Assembly (NCBI RefSeq): GCF_036321535.1
Contig: NC_087436.1
Span: forward strand, 80,106,001 to 80,170,000
Origin: Camelus dromedarius
Lineage: Eukaryota
Reading direction: 5' to 3'
DNA length: 64,000 nt
Each line of letters begins with the position of its first letter. The stretch's first letter is position 1. This document shows, piece after piece, positions 36,485 to 48,849 of the stretch. Below the pieces are notes generated by a model, which was not told the origin of the DNA, ran no database searches, and saw only the letters and a list, made by a program, of their open reading frames with translations. The position numbers and the translations under genes were made by a program.

Positions 36485-37344
36485 ATGACTTTCCTCATTT
36501 ATGACGATGAGTTTGCCTTCATCAAGTTCCTCAGCTGCATGTTCAGAGTCTCTTGAATAAGGACAGTGTCAACATTCCCTCAGTTATTTATTCTACAACT
36601 CCATTTAAGTTTAATCTGAATTTCTCTTCCAGCATGCTCACTTTTTATTTCTTTGTTGCAATTTCATCTTTGTTGGACAATTCCTTCTTTCAGTTATGCA
36701 CTCCTGTAAGATGCCACAAGGCTTTGTCAGTCTCCCAAGTTCACCATGCATCTGCCCCTCAAAAGGTGTCTTCTTCACTACTTGATCTCTGGCACCCAGC
36801 ATGATGCCTGGTATTTAGTGAGTGGGCAGCAAATATTCAATCAGCAAAATAAAAACAAAAATAACACAAGGAGGCAACACAACAAACACTTTGTTGTCTG
36901 TGCATGAGCTGCATAACAGATGCTCAGTGACCAATCACTGACAGAGTCTGAATACTGACTGATCACTGATCATGATACTTATCTGTCATTTACATAGTGA
37001 TTTTTGGATGAAAGAGCTAGCAGTGAAGTTTATACTTTATGCAGTTGCTCACAGTTAATGTACTGGAGTAACTAAAATTTGAACCACATTGTTGGGTACT
37101 GGTACTGTTTCAGTAAACCATAATAACTGAAGTCTGTTTATACCAGAATTTTGCAAATTGAGGACTGCATGTATTTGATATCCCTACTTTCTAGACTTGG
37201 TGAGAGAATCTACCTACTTCCACAAGATAAAAGGAATCTGTAACCATCTTTGCCAAGAAATACTCAAAGGAACAAAAGAACATATGTGATTTCTTATGCA
37301 CACATGCGTATGGGTACCCATTAGAAACTGTGCCTAAATCCATG

Positions 37345-37535
37345 GAGTACAATAGTTAAGTGTTTATGCTTTGTGATATGACAGAACTGAGTTCAAATGT
37401 TATCCAATCTCTCACAAACTCAATTTCCTCGAATGTGAAATCCTACTTCAAAGAATTGTTGTTAGGATTAAGTGAGAAAATATATGTAATATTTTTATTA
37501 CAATGTCTGGTTCACAGTAAGGATCATTAAACAGT
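37345..37535 (+). mobile_element. MIR SINE
   Basis: tagttaag...ctgagttcaaat...ctcaatttcctc...gttgttaggattaagtgagaaaatatatgtaa. Confidence 0.75.
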
Positions 37536-38174
37536 GTTAATGGCAGTACAAGTGATGATGGTGGTCATGATGGTGTACTGTTGGGTACCTGACAGACCAA
37601 TGAAATATAGAGAACTTCTAAAAGGAAAAGAACTGGAATGCTGAATTGGAAAAACTTGAGCTTTCCAGAAGGTTATTATAGTATAATTTTATAATGAACT
37701 CATAGAACATTTACTCCGAAAATCTAGAACTTAAATAGGTTAAAATGCCTCCAATTTAGGAGGAAAAATGAGCAAATAAGCTTTGATGTCAATCCATGCC
37801 AAGTCATGGTGCCAAAAAAGCATTTATGTCTCCGTTGTGAGCTTTAATCCAACATCCATTTACCAGTTCCTGGTCTGCAAATCCAATTGCTCTAGGATAG
37901 GAATTTGAACAACAAAATTGGCAACATTTAAAGCTTAATAAATTGGAGCTGCCAGCATGATAGGACAATTGTAAAAAAGGAGTTCAGCTTGTCCATTTCA
38001 AGAGCTTGCTATGGATTTACCTTTAAGTAAATTGACTTTCATTAACCATCTCATTGCCATACACATCTGGGAAATTTGAAGGGACCATATTCTAATTAGG
38101 ACAGGTTAAATTTACTTAGATTAAGTTATAAGAATGACTAACATTAACCAAACAATTGAAAAGTCTTTGACCTT

Positions 38175-38440
38175 CACAGCTGTGTGTTCTTAGATCATGT
38201 TCTATGGAACTTCAGTATTCATTGTGATATAATATGTATTCCTCATGAAAAGGGGGGGGGAGTTTTGTCATGAATCTGGAGACTCACAGTGTACAATAGC
38301 ATTCAAAAGACTTTGAGAGTCTCTGCAGTTTAAAAAAAACTCTCTAGATTAATCACATTTCCCAAAGTATGCTGACCATTAAACACTTCAGCTTTCTCAC
38401 AGAACACAGTGTTTCATCATGTAACAGTTTTGAAAAGCCT
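38175..38440. mobile_element. hAT-Charlie MITE remnant (MER112-like)
   Basis: tgttctatggaac...catttcccaaagtat...tgaccat...cacagaacacagtgtttc...agttttgaaaagc. Confidence 0.45.
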
Positions 38441-38769
38441 CACAAAAAGTCTAAATCAATTAGGGATTCACAGTGTTACATGATTTAAATCTTGAGACTC
38501 TAAAGAGATTTTAATAATATTTCTGTGCTATATCCTTGAACATTCACACACTTCTGGAAATAAATTTCAGGTGACTTTCAGCAACAATTCACACAATGAT
38601 CCACAAGTTTACCTAAAATATTTTATTCCTAATACAAGTTCTCCCTTCATTCCATTCCATTCTGTGGCCCACGCTAGACCATGCTATTATTCCTTAAGAA
38701 CCACCTTTCTCTTGAGGTAGTTTCTTGCTCAGTCATCTTAACTGGTCCTCTAATTCAATTCATCAGTAG

Positions 38770-39600
38770 GAAAACAACTCTCAGCTCCTATGACGAAGTC
38801 CTAGCTCTGCGTTAAGAGGAACACAGAAGCTATAAAAGCTCAGGTGATTGGACTCAAGAGCTTTATAATTTAGCAGAAGAAGCAAAACTAACAAGCGTAA
38901 AGCAATTAAAAGTAACTCCTGAGGTTTTCAAATAGGGAGAGATCAACATGGGCTGAGATCACTGGAGAAGATTTTGTAGATCTGAGAGTATGAACAGGAT
39001 GTAGAAAAGTGTAGAAGGAAGAGAGAGATTTCAGACTAAGAGGAGAGCATGACCAAAGTCAAATGGCAGGAAGAAGTACTGGGATTCAGGAGGATGTGGG
39101 GAAAAAAAACAAACAGATATAGAAGTCCTTCTGTAGTGGAACATTCATGGTATATGTGGAAAGAAAGAAGACGGGCTAAGTACAATGGGTTCTACACAGT
39201 GGATGAGTCTGATCACCAGATTAAGGAGTCGGTCTTGTTTTGTTAAGTAGGAGGGAGACATGGTCATAAGGAAAAGGTCATAAATTTGAGCCTGGTCTTA
39301 AATAATCAAATGAGTGCTTTGGAAAGATGAGTCTTGCATCTCACTTAAAAAGGTTGAAGACAGAAAGAGAAAAAAAAAAAGGCTGGGATTGAGATCAGAA
39401 CGCTATGGAAGTAATTCATGTGTTGAGGCTCTTGACAGGTGAGAATAAAATAAAAATAAAGAACAAAATGTGAATCCATAAATTTAAAGACACAAATGAC
39501 AACATTTGGTGCAAGAAAAGGGCAGAGTTGAATACAACCCCAAGATTTCTAGTCTAGGAAGATGAATGATTTTAAGAACTAAGTTTTGGGGAAAGAAGAT
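38770..39600 (-). mobile_element. L2 LINE fragment (degraded)
   Basis: Purine-rich antisense L2 pattern: ctcaagagctttataatttag...gagagagatttcagac...gcatgaccaaag...ccaagatttctagtctagg. Confidence 0.6.
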
Positions 39601-39899
39601 GAATATTTACTAAGCTGGAAACTAAGAACCATATTTTCATGGTTTTCTAGTCTAGTCTTCCACAATTTAACCTGAATAGACATATCTTACATTATTTTCC
39701 ACTACCCAGTCTTCAAGTCAACAATTATTTCCTGAGTATCTATTGTATGCCAAGCAGTATTCCACACACTACAGGGAAAAAAAAGTGGCGGGCACAGTTA
39801 GAGGCAAAGGGTGGAAATGGGTGATGGATATGTAAATAAATAACTAGAGAATGTGAACTCTCTCAATCTATACTTTATTTTCAGATTAGAAGGGATAGG

Positions 39900-40010
39900 T
39901 GCTAATATCTATTAAGCTCCTACTATGCTCCAGGGCTTTAAGTTTATCTAACTTAATTTCTACATCAACACAAAGTAGATACTGTTATTCCCATTTTTCT
40001 TGATCAAAAT
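39900..40010 (-). mobile_element. MIR SINE fragment
   Basis: gctaatatctattaagctcctactatgctccagg...gtagatactgttattcccatttt. Confidence 0.65.
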
Positions 40011-40379
40011 CACCTATGAGATTCCCACCATATAAAACCACTGAGAACATCAATGATATGATAACCCCCTGGAAAATACTGCTTCCTCTGGAAAATATTT
40101 TTTCCTCCCGTGATAACTGCCAGGGACTCCTGGATGAATGGCAGGGATCCTTCATTATAAGAAAAACAAGATTAGTCAAGGCCCTTCAAGCCTTCAAAGA
40201 TTCCACCAAAACAATCAATCCAATTTCAAGAATTTTAAGATTAATATATTTGTTCCATATTTTAGCATCTAAAAGTTGGGACAAAGAGGTGTTCTATTCT
40301 TCTGGTAGAGAAGGATCCTTTTCATCCAACCAGAGGTCCTTGGTATCCAAGCACAGGGAGAAGCAATGGTTTGCTTCAT

Positions 40380-40770
40380 AGGAACTGTCGATTTTTGCAA
40401 CCATTTTTGTCATGTTTCCTTCATCATGGAAGTTGCAATTTGCAACCAAATGAACTATTTCCTTAATGATATAAAAGCAACCATAAAATTACATGAGAAG
40501 ACTTCCTTTCCAACCTACATTTTATTGTTGCCTTTAATTTACTAAACACAAGCAAGAAAGTGTTTCCTTAATAAGTCATAATCATTCAAGTATTAAACAT
40601 TACTTTCAGAGTACTATAATTATTGTGCCACCAAGGTGTCTTTCATTAGTTTTTTTGTTTGTTTAAAATTATTTAGTTTTTTTTAGTGGTTTGTAACCAA
40701 TTTTTTGTTAGTTTTAAATTCTTTGCTCATGGTTTGCTCATAAAATTGGTGATAAGGGGGTCTTTAGTAT
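40380..40770. mobile_element. Possible TcMar-Tigger DNA transposon remnant
   Basis: Repeated ttgcaacc motifs and a terminal-like gataagggggtctttagta ending in TA; family assigned by recall only. Confidence 0.3.
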
Positions 40771-43044
40771 TTAAACCTTCTCTCCATAGATCAAGTAAAA
40801 TGAGGACACTGGCCAAACCAATTTAACCCCAGAAGTTTCATCCCCAACAAGGTGAGAAGTAAGTATTAGCAGTTCTCCACTCTGGAACATGTCAGGCTCA
40901 ATGAGCCTGAGAGTGGAGGGGCGGCTTGACACATCTACATTTCACAGCACAGGTAGCCAACTAGCCAACTCAGCTTTTTAGGTTTTGACTCACTGCCAGG
41001 GCTTTTGCTTGGCATGACTTCAAGGGCCTTATGTGTCCAATCCAAGGCAGCCCCCTTCAGGAGACATGAGCCAAGCTAACTGCATGCAAACCAGGCCGGG
41101 TCTTGGAATCAGTATATTTGGGCGTGTTGTCAGAGAGAGATGTTTATGTGTGTGAGAGTCTTAAAGGACTGAATAGAAAGATCAGAAGCAAGGTTAAGCA
41201 GAATGGGGCTGGGAAGAATTCCACATGTCCTCAGAGGACAGGCAGAGGATAAAAGAAGGTACAGTAGGGAGGCAAAAACAGAAGTGCATTCTTCACCGTC
41301 TGGCTGGCAAGCCCCGCAACAGTGCCATTCTTCAAACAAAACCTCCCTTGGCCTCAAATCCTGCACTGGTCATGCCAGCTCTACTGATTTACACAAAACC
41401 TCCAAGACTTTGATCAGCTACCAAAATGCAAACATTTTAAGCGATGCCCCAAAGAAGCTTGTTTAAAAAACAGTTGATGTAAGGGTTTAAAACAGTCCAT
41501 TAACAATCTCCTGTAGAAATGTGTATACATACATGCCCACCAGTGAATGCTTCTATGCAAAAGAACATTTTTTATAGTCTGTTAACAATGGCATGTGCTT
41601 ATTACACACACTCACTTCAAGTCCAAGGAAATGGTCTCTATTTGCAAATCTAAAGTTAAAAACATAAAATTAAACTCTTCTTTCACGGAACCTCACACTC
41701 ATTCCTACCCAAAAAGGGAAAAAGGAAATCATACTCTACCCATTAGACATAAATCAGGTGATTTATAGTTGGGTTTATTCAGACCATAAATTTTTTCACA
41801 GGGTAGAATCTTAGGTTATGAATTAATCACATAATTTTAGAGGCCTGAAATATCCAGCTGATCATTACCAACTTTTTACTTCTTATTGAGTGTCCCAATC
41901 CTTGTTTTCCATTATTACAATGAAATGGCTGCTAAAAATAATGCCCCACGGCACATATAAATGTCAGCTTCTATGCACCCGAGGTCTTGCTCACCCTGAA
42001 GAATGGACTCAGTGAGCTAGCTGGAGAGAGCAGCTGGCAAGGTTTCTAACAACGAAATAGGTAGCCAGAAGGTTTAATGGTGTGGCTCCCGTACTTTCAA
42101 GAAATTACTAAGTAATATTTGTCTGCCTTGAGCCATCTGGACTCTATTTCTGGACCTAGTGAATGTAAAGAGCTCTATTTTGTGGGGGGGAAAATGCACT
42201 TCATCCATTCTGATTGAATAATAGTACCTCGGCTCCAAACTTCCTTAAAAAAAAAAATTAACTCACTGGTCCAGTTTTCCCTAACAAAGTCATTATGAAT
42301 ATACTGGCTCATGACAGGATATGATCATGACCAAAGGTGGTCAACAGACTTTTAGCTAAGGTTTCCTCCAGCTGGAAAGTCCCACAGCAGGAGAGCAACT
42401 TCCTAAGTGAGAGTGAGTTTGATAAAGGCAGAGCAGGGGGCAGCTGGATTTCAGTTCTTTCATCCTCAAAAGAAGAATTCCCAACGCTGCTCTGTCTCCG
42501 TGACTTAAGTTCTAACTGATCCCAAGCCCTGTGTGTTCTTCACTGAACTTTAGGGCTAAAGGGAGGCTGAGATATTTTAAAACAGAGACCATCTCTGGAC
42601 TGCAAAGAATACAAGACTTTCCCAGCTCTGCACTGAATAAACTGCTTCTAGAATCAGCCAAGCCCTCTCTAAAATTCACGTGGAAAGAAAGCATCCTCCA
42701 GGCCAACAAACACTAACGAAGACTCAACTAGGTCTCCCCTCTGTCAGGTTCTGTTCCTCGGCCCTGATTCACCAGCATGGCTCCCCACTCCGCTCCTCCT
42801 TGCAGCTAGGCCAGCTTCCTCAAAGCCCCCTCCCTCGTGTTCTGCACCTTCTGATCTACTCCCTGTGCTTAGTAGAGCAGGGGCATGCACAGCCCCGCTC
42901 CTTCATTCCAGCATGTCCAAAGCCTTTCCCTACTACACTTAGATGAAGTGTCATGTAACTCTATTTAATCAGCAACATAGGCAAGCCCTCTTAAAAATAT
43001 ATAGACAGAGAGATCCAGAGTTGCCCCTTCTTTGAGACAGACAG

Positions 43045-43225
43045 TGCTGGAGAGTGTTAAGAATACTGTCCCTCAAGTCAGGCAAGCCTGGCTTGACAGT
43101 TCAGCACAGCTCCTACCACCTGGATGGCTCTGGACAAGTATGCATCTGCTTGGGAGCCTGTGTTTTCATTCTAAAAAATGTGAAGGAAGTACCCCACAAA
43201 CTTATGGCAGACTAAATTTTCTGTT
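43045..43225 (+). mobile_element. MIR SINE
   Basis: gtgttaagaatac...agtcaggcaagcctgg...ctggacaagt...gagcctgtgttttcattctaaaaaatg. Confidence 0.65.
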
Positions 43226-43249
43226 TAAAGTAAAAAAGAAAAAAGTATC

Positions 43250-43926
43250 TAGAACTTATGTCCACACAAAAACCTGCACACTGACATTTACAGCAGCTTT
43301 ACTCATAGTTGCCAAAACTTGGAAGTAACCAAGATGACCTTCAGCAACAAAGGGTAAGTAAGCTGTGGTACATCTAAGCAATGGAGTTTCATTCAGTGCT
43401 AAAAAGAAAATGATCTATCAAGCCTCAAAAAGATGTGGAGGAACTTAAAGTGCATATTGCTACGTGAAAGAAGCCAATCTGAAAAGGCTATAAACAGTAT
43501 GATCACAACCATAGGACATTCAGGCAAAGGCAAAACTCTGAAGACAATAAAAAGATCAGTGGTTTCCAGGGACTGGAGTCAGGAGGAGGGACGAACAGGT
43601 GGAGCACAGAGGATTTTCAGTGTAGTGAAAATACTCTGTATGATATTATACTGATAGATAGAGTCATTATACATTCCTCCAAACTCACAGAACGTTCAAC
43701 ATCAAGAGTGAACCGCAAGGTAAACTATGGACTTTGGGCGACTGTGGCATGTCAGTGTAAGTTCACCAGCTGTAGCAGATGGACCATTCCAGTGGAGGAT
43801 GCTGATAACGGCAGAGGCTGTGCTTGTGTGGGGGCCGGGGGTATATGGGAAATCTCTGTACCTTCCTCTCAATTTTGTTGTGAACCTAAAACTGTTCTAA
43901 AAAAGTTAAATCTTTAAAAAACAAAA
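43250..43926 (+). mobile_element. 5'-truncated L1MC-like LINE-1 3' end
   Basis: YVHTKTCT..FTAAL..AKTWK ORF2 end; 3'UTR gtaaactatggactttggg...gtatatgggaaatctctgtaccttcctctcaattttg..tgtgaacctaaaactg. Confidence 0.9.
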
Positions 43927-44039
43927 CGATTTCAGCACGTGTCTCCCTTCTCATGATTATGGAACAAAGGAACATTTGTGCTCAGCAATTGCCTCAAGTA
44001 GACAAATATGTCTAAGGCAAGAGAGGGTACATAGAGTTG

Positions 44040-44230
44040 TTTAGTTGGAGTGCCTGAGTTTGAGCCCCAGCTCACTTATAATCGTTAGGGCTCCTATGTT
44101 CCTCAGCTTCCTCATCGTCTACATCTCTAAAATGGAGTTAATAATAGTACTTACCTCCTAAAGTTGTTGAAAGAATGAAATGAGAGAGTGCTTGGAAAAT
44201 GCTTAGCTGGGTACCTGGCAGACAGAAAGC
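44040..44230 (+). mobile_element. MIR SINE
   Basis: cctcagcttcctcatc...ctaaaatggagttaataatagtacttacctc. Confidence 0.8.
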
Positions 44231-44444
44231 ACGGATGCAGAGCATGACTGATCACTGAGGGATTTACAACCTAACGGGAGTGTGTTAGAGAGGAAGGATG
44301 AAACCAGGTGAGGTGACAGAAAGGAGCACCGTCAACTCCGGGCACCAGGAGTTACATGTGTTCATTAGAGGGCAAGCTTTCTTAGATTAGTAGTAGGCTG
44401 ATGTCTGTCCATGAATGGGGGATGGTTTAAAAAATATTAACAGA

Positions 44445-44567
44445 GGGGGGAGGGTATAGCTTAAGTGGCAGAACACATGCTTAGCATGCAGGAAGTCCTG
44501 GGTTCAATCCCCAGTACCTCCTCTGAAAATAAATAAACCTAATTACCTCCCACCTTGCCAAAAAAAA
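44445..44567 (+). mobile_element. tRNA-derived SINE, camelid vic-1-like
   Basis: ggggggagggtatagcttaagtgg (A box) ... ggttcaatcccc (B box), A-rich tail, TSD taaaaaatattaa at 44428-44440 and 44568-44580. Confidence 0.85.
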
Positions 44568-45227
44568 TAAAAAATATTAATGGACTTTCTTTGCTTTTTT
44601 CTCCCATGGATAGTTACTCCTGTCACTTGTTCTTCCAGAAAGATTTTTAAAATAATCTTAAGTAAGAATGACATTCATCCTCATATTTTTAAAAAGTCCA
44701 TCTGGGTCCCATACTGACTATAGCTTGAGGTGGCTGAGGTCTGGACATCATTAGAGCTATAGAAAAGAATCCTGTCCAGCTGATTTGCCAAGTCCTTCTT
44801 CATCACCAGCCTCACTCACTGGCATAGCAGTTACAGCCCAAAGCCTGGCTGAATGTCCTATGTCCAAATTCTTGCTATTTTATAGAATCTTAACCAATGA
44901 TTTTATTATGTCATATATGTGATACAAAATAAAATGTAAATTTTGAAGTTTAAAACTGCCCCCTAAAATGTGCAGGATGAATTATCTCTAATTCCATTTC
45001 TAATCTGCTTTGAATATTGTGAACTTAGTCAAGTTCTTCCATGGCTCTAAGCACTATTTTTATCCTACCAAAAAAAAAAAAAAAAAAAAAAGAACAGGTA
45101 GACTTTTAGACCTAGGCTCTAAAATACTATGATACACAATTCCATTTTCCCAGATCCCATCAATTAAGAAGGAAAGCAGACATTTCAATTTGGCTTTGAC
45201 CTCCCTGCATCCTGCTTAGTCTTAGAA

Positions 45228-45545
45228 GAGCATATAGTGGTTGGGATGTAGCCTCCAGAGCCAGGCTGCCTAGGTGTGAGTCTCAGATTTGCCACTTCCG
45301 TACTCCCACCTGCAGGCTCAGCAGCCTCCCACCAGCAGACAGGGAGCTGCAGGAGCTAGTGATTGCAAGTAGTAAGGTCGTCGCAGGTGAAAAGGTGAGT
45401 GCAGAGGGCAATGGGCAGAACACATGCAGTTGTGCTATGTACCTCCTGGGTTGGTGTGAGAATTTAATTAAATACACTAATATACGAAAGGATGCAGTCA
45501 CACCTAGCACTGAGTGAGTGCTTCTTAAGTTTTAGCTATTATTAC
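45228..45545 (+). mobile_element. MIR SINE whose centre is replaced by about 135 bp of unrelated sequence
   Basis: 5' MIR part (agagccaggctgcctaggtgtgagtctcag) to about 45300; 3' MIR part (tacctcctgggttggtgtgagaatttaa...tagctatt) from about 45440. Confidence 0.6.
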
Positions 45546-45599
45546 TGGGATACATCAGAGGCACTCGATACACTGTACACTCTGCTGAAAAGAACATCG

Positions 45600-45745
45600 G
45601 CTCTGAGCCAGGCGCTTGACATGTGTTATCCATTTAATTCTCACAATGAGCCTGAAAAGAAGAAACTGTTATCTCCAACAAATGAGAAAACAGACTCAGG
45701 GAGGTAATAGACTCAGAAGGCAGAAAAAAACTGACATTCAACATC
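45600..45745 (-). mobile_element. MIR SINE
   Basis: gccaggcgct...catttaattctcacaa...aaatgagaaaacagactcagggaggt. Confidence 0.7.
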
Positions 45746-46019
45746 TAAATCTACACTAAAATGCAGTATTATCTAATAATTATAACACACATCACATTTT
45801 ATTTTCTACATGACAAACAGTGGAGAAGCAACTTTTATTTTCATTCTCACTCTAGTGTGGCACTGCTACAGGAAATGATGAATAAAGTTTGTTTATCTAT
45901 TTTTCTATGAACTTGGAAGCCTCCAACAATATCTTCCTGAGTCTGGTAGGGATAGGCATTTAAGCTAGTATGATCACTTTAATTAAGTCTCATATCATTA
46001 GATCCAATCAGCATTATTC

Positions 46020-46390
46020 TCTTGCAATCAAAGTTCCTTGAGTTGAAGTAGAGAAACATCAAATACACTTAAGGAAAAAAGGAGATGTGTTTATTATAAG
46101 AAAACAAAGAGTATGAGAACCCTGGGGACGGATGATTGCCAGATCTCAGAGGAGCAGAATCAAGACCTGAAAAGCTGGCAGGAAGACAGCAGCCTCTCTC
46201 TCAGCCCTCATCCTCCCAAAGGACATCACACAGTCTCCTCCTGTGCCTGCCTCTCTGCTTCATCCTTCTTTGCTGGTCAATTTTCTCTGCTTCTCCAAGC
46301 TCATCACCAGCCACAGTTCCTTACTCAGAGCATTCAAGACACTGACTCGGATGAGACTGGGATCTCTTAGTCCCAGTTCAGAATTCTCAA
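46020..46390 (-). mobile_element. Old MaLR/ERVL LTR remnant
   Basis: agttccttgagttgaagtagagaaac...aaggaaaaaaggagatgtgtttatt...agtcccagttcagaattctc. Confidence 0.45.
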
Positions 46391-47754
46391 AAGTAACCAA
46401 ATAGAACAGGAATACAGGAATCCCAGGATCACACACACACACACGCAGTCACACCCTGGATAAACTGAGACAGCTATAATGAGCCTCCAGCAAAGTGAAT
46501 TACTGCTACTTTGCCACATCTCTGCCCACCATACTATCAGAAGACTCAGGAAATTCCAAGTGTGTCCGAAGAAGAGTCCAGTTCCCGGGCATGAACAGCA
46601 AAAGGAGAAATGGAGGAAAGAGATTTTGAAACTGGACACCTTTGAGCTCCCAAAACTGCCTCCAAGCAGCAGCTGAGCAGGGGCGCTGAGAGTGTGCCTT
46701 TGTGTGATTCTTAATCAGATGGTGATGGGGGGTGGGGAGACCTGCCAGCTAGCACACCATCCGGCCGCAAGGAGCCCCGGGAGTAGGGAGCAGTCTGCTG
46801 CAGCATTCCCTCACAATGGCCTGGCAGAAATGGATGGTCCACACAGGGAAGGATCAATTGTAAAAAGTGGAATTAGTCATTCTAAATCATGCAGCTGTGG
46901 TCGAAGGGAGCTCTTCTAAAAATCATTAAACAATCATGTATTCCTATTGATTTATTCAAAATACCTTGAGGGAAAGCAGATTAAACACAAGGTAAAAGTA
47001 AGCTAATGCAGATTAAATGGATGAAGGATGGGCTGAGAGTTCCCTAGGCAGTTTTTGTACTAATGAGAGGAAAATTATATGTACACTATTACCAGGATAA
47101 AAGGGTCTATTAGAGGTCTTTTGCTTGACATATTTATGTATTTCAAATACTAAGTAGCATAGTGAATTAGGTTTACTCTGGACATTTGTTATTTTTATTG
47201 CATCTCCAAAGTGATAAACAGAGTTCTCTGTTGAGGGCAGCATGCTGCCTCGCTCAGGGAAGCCCTGCCTGAATAGACCAATCCCGATGCCAGTGTGACT
47301 CCCTGAATGTCATTTATTAACAAACCCAGTGCAATTTGATGGCAAGGACAAGGCCTTTAAAATCCAGGAGCAAAATGTGTAACCCAGGGGCGGAAATGAG
47401 TTACAGCACAGAGTTACAGCCTGTCTGTTCCCCAGGCTACATTCAAAGATGTTCTTTCTTCCTCGAGTGGAATTTATTCAAATACTTGTCACATAAGAAA
47501 ACCAGAAACCTAAAGTGTATGTTACACATCATTCTCATGTGTGGTAGATACAGCAGGTCTTATGATCCTCAGAGGAAGGGACTGAAGCAGAGAAATGGTA
47601 AATGAGGGGCCCAAGAACACACAGTTAGTGAGGATTAGTATTAAGACCCCAAGTTTTCTCTCCTCTGGTTCAGGCTATTTCTGCTATACTGTGTGCCCAT
47701 GAAAACACATTCATGGTTCACTATTTAACAAAAAGGATTATGACCACGAAAGTC

Positions 47755-47990
47755 CCTGAATGTTTAAAACCAAACTGACTGTTCTTCTCCAATGTCTTCA
47801 TCCTTCCTGTCCCTCACTCCCGCTATCATCCCTATTTCAGTCAACTGGGAAATTGCGTCACTTTCCCACCATCCCTCTGGACCAAAGCAATACAATTTTA
47901 GTGATGTCCTTGCTTTCACGCCTTCCTCTGTCACATCCATTCTGCAGCCCACTGCTAGCTTTGTCTATCTAAAATATTGCTTTTCATAAA
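47755..47990 (+). mobile_element. L2 fragment
   Basis: aatgtttaaaaccaaact...ccctatttcagtcaa...tcacatccattctgc...ctttgtctatctaaaata. Confidence 0.6.
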
Positions 47991-48397
47991 ATCCAGGGAG
48001 GGAGGGTGGCCGGCATCTTTATTTCTCTTCTCCTCAATCTGGAAAGGTGCCTGAGATTCAGGCTGGTTTTAAGAGAGATTACTTATAAAGGAAGCATTTC
48101 TGGTTGGTGGAGCTTGTGATGGCTTCAATCAGGAGTAGGTGGGTCAAAACGAATGTCAAGAAGGTTGTACGGTTAGAGCAGAAGCTGAAAGCTCAGGAGA
48201 TGGGACCAAAAAAAAAAAAAAAAAAAGGATTAACCAGACAACAGGCGAGATGAAGAAAACAGAAGAGTGAGGATCTGGGTATTAATGACAAGTCAGAGAA
48301 CTGAAGCTAACATCATTGGCAAACTCCAACTAGAACCAACAGAAACCTTAACCTCATTGCAGTCCATGGCAATTACTTTAACCAGTAAACATAGACA

Positions 48398-48536
48398 CAG
48401 CATTGGTTCTCAACTCTACAAATACCCAGGCCACACTCAGACCTCTGGATCAATAATCTCCAGGGGAGAGACCCACGAGTCTATGGTTTTAGAAAAGTCC
48501 ACATATTTTGAAGTGCAACCAGGTTGAAAGCCACTA
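48398..48536. mobile_element. MER5-like hAT-Charlie DNA transposon
   Basis: Inverted termini cattggttctcaac ... ggttgaaagccact; internal cccaggccacactcagacc. Confidence 0.7.
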
Positions 48537-48849
48537 TGTACTGCATTAGACTCCTCTTTGCCATCTGCACTTGCAAGAATTGGTCTAATATTTTATAGAA
48601 CTCCATGTTTCAGCTAAATCATGTATTTCCTTATAAACTCTCTATATATCTCCAAGCACCTCTTCTTATCTACAGAACAGATATTATAACCATATGCCTG
48701 TGTGTGGTCTGGCCAGGAAACTAGAGAAATAGACAATTCTTTCCATAAGGTTAAATGTCATCACATTTCTTGCCACCTAATTGTATTCTTTATGTGTTCT
48801 ATGTTTTAGAGCTAACATCTGAAGCAATATCTGAAGCAAAAGGCATCTT

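Noticed and set aside
35396..36556. Several 80-180 aa ORFs on both strands in the GC-rich L1 5'UTR (possible ORF0 analogue)
   Set aside because: Stop codons are rare in GC-rich DNA and no domain is recognisable; cannot be supported without a family consensus.
42428..42446. CTCF-like motif agagcagggggcagc, and similar near-matches at about 3105, 46675 and 59729
   Set aside because: Each lacks key consensus positions (5' CC or the GGC core), and such near-matches are expected by chance in 64 kb.
44445..44525. Possible tRNA gene (A box, B box, tRNA-Ala-like arms)
   Set aside because: No proper acceptor stem; it has an A-rich tail and a TSD, so it is a tRNA-derived SINE.
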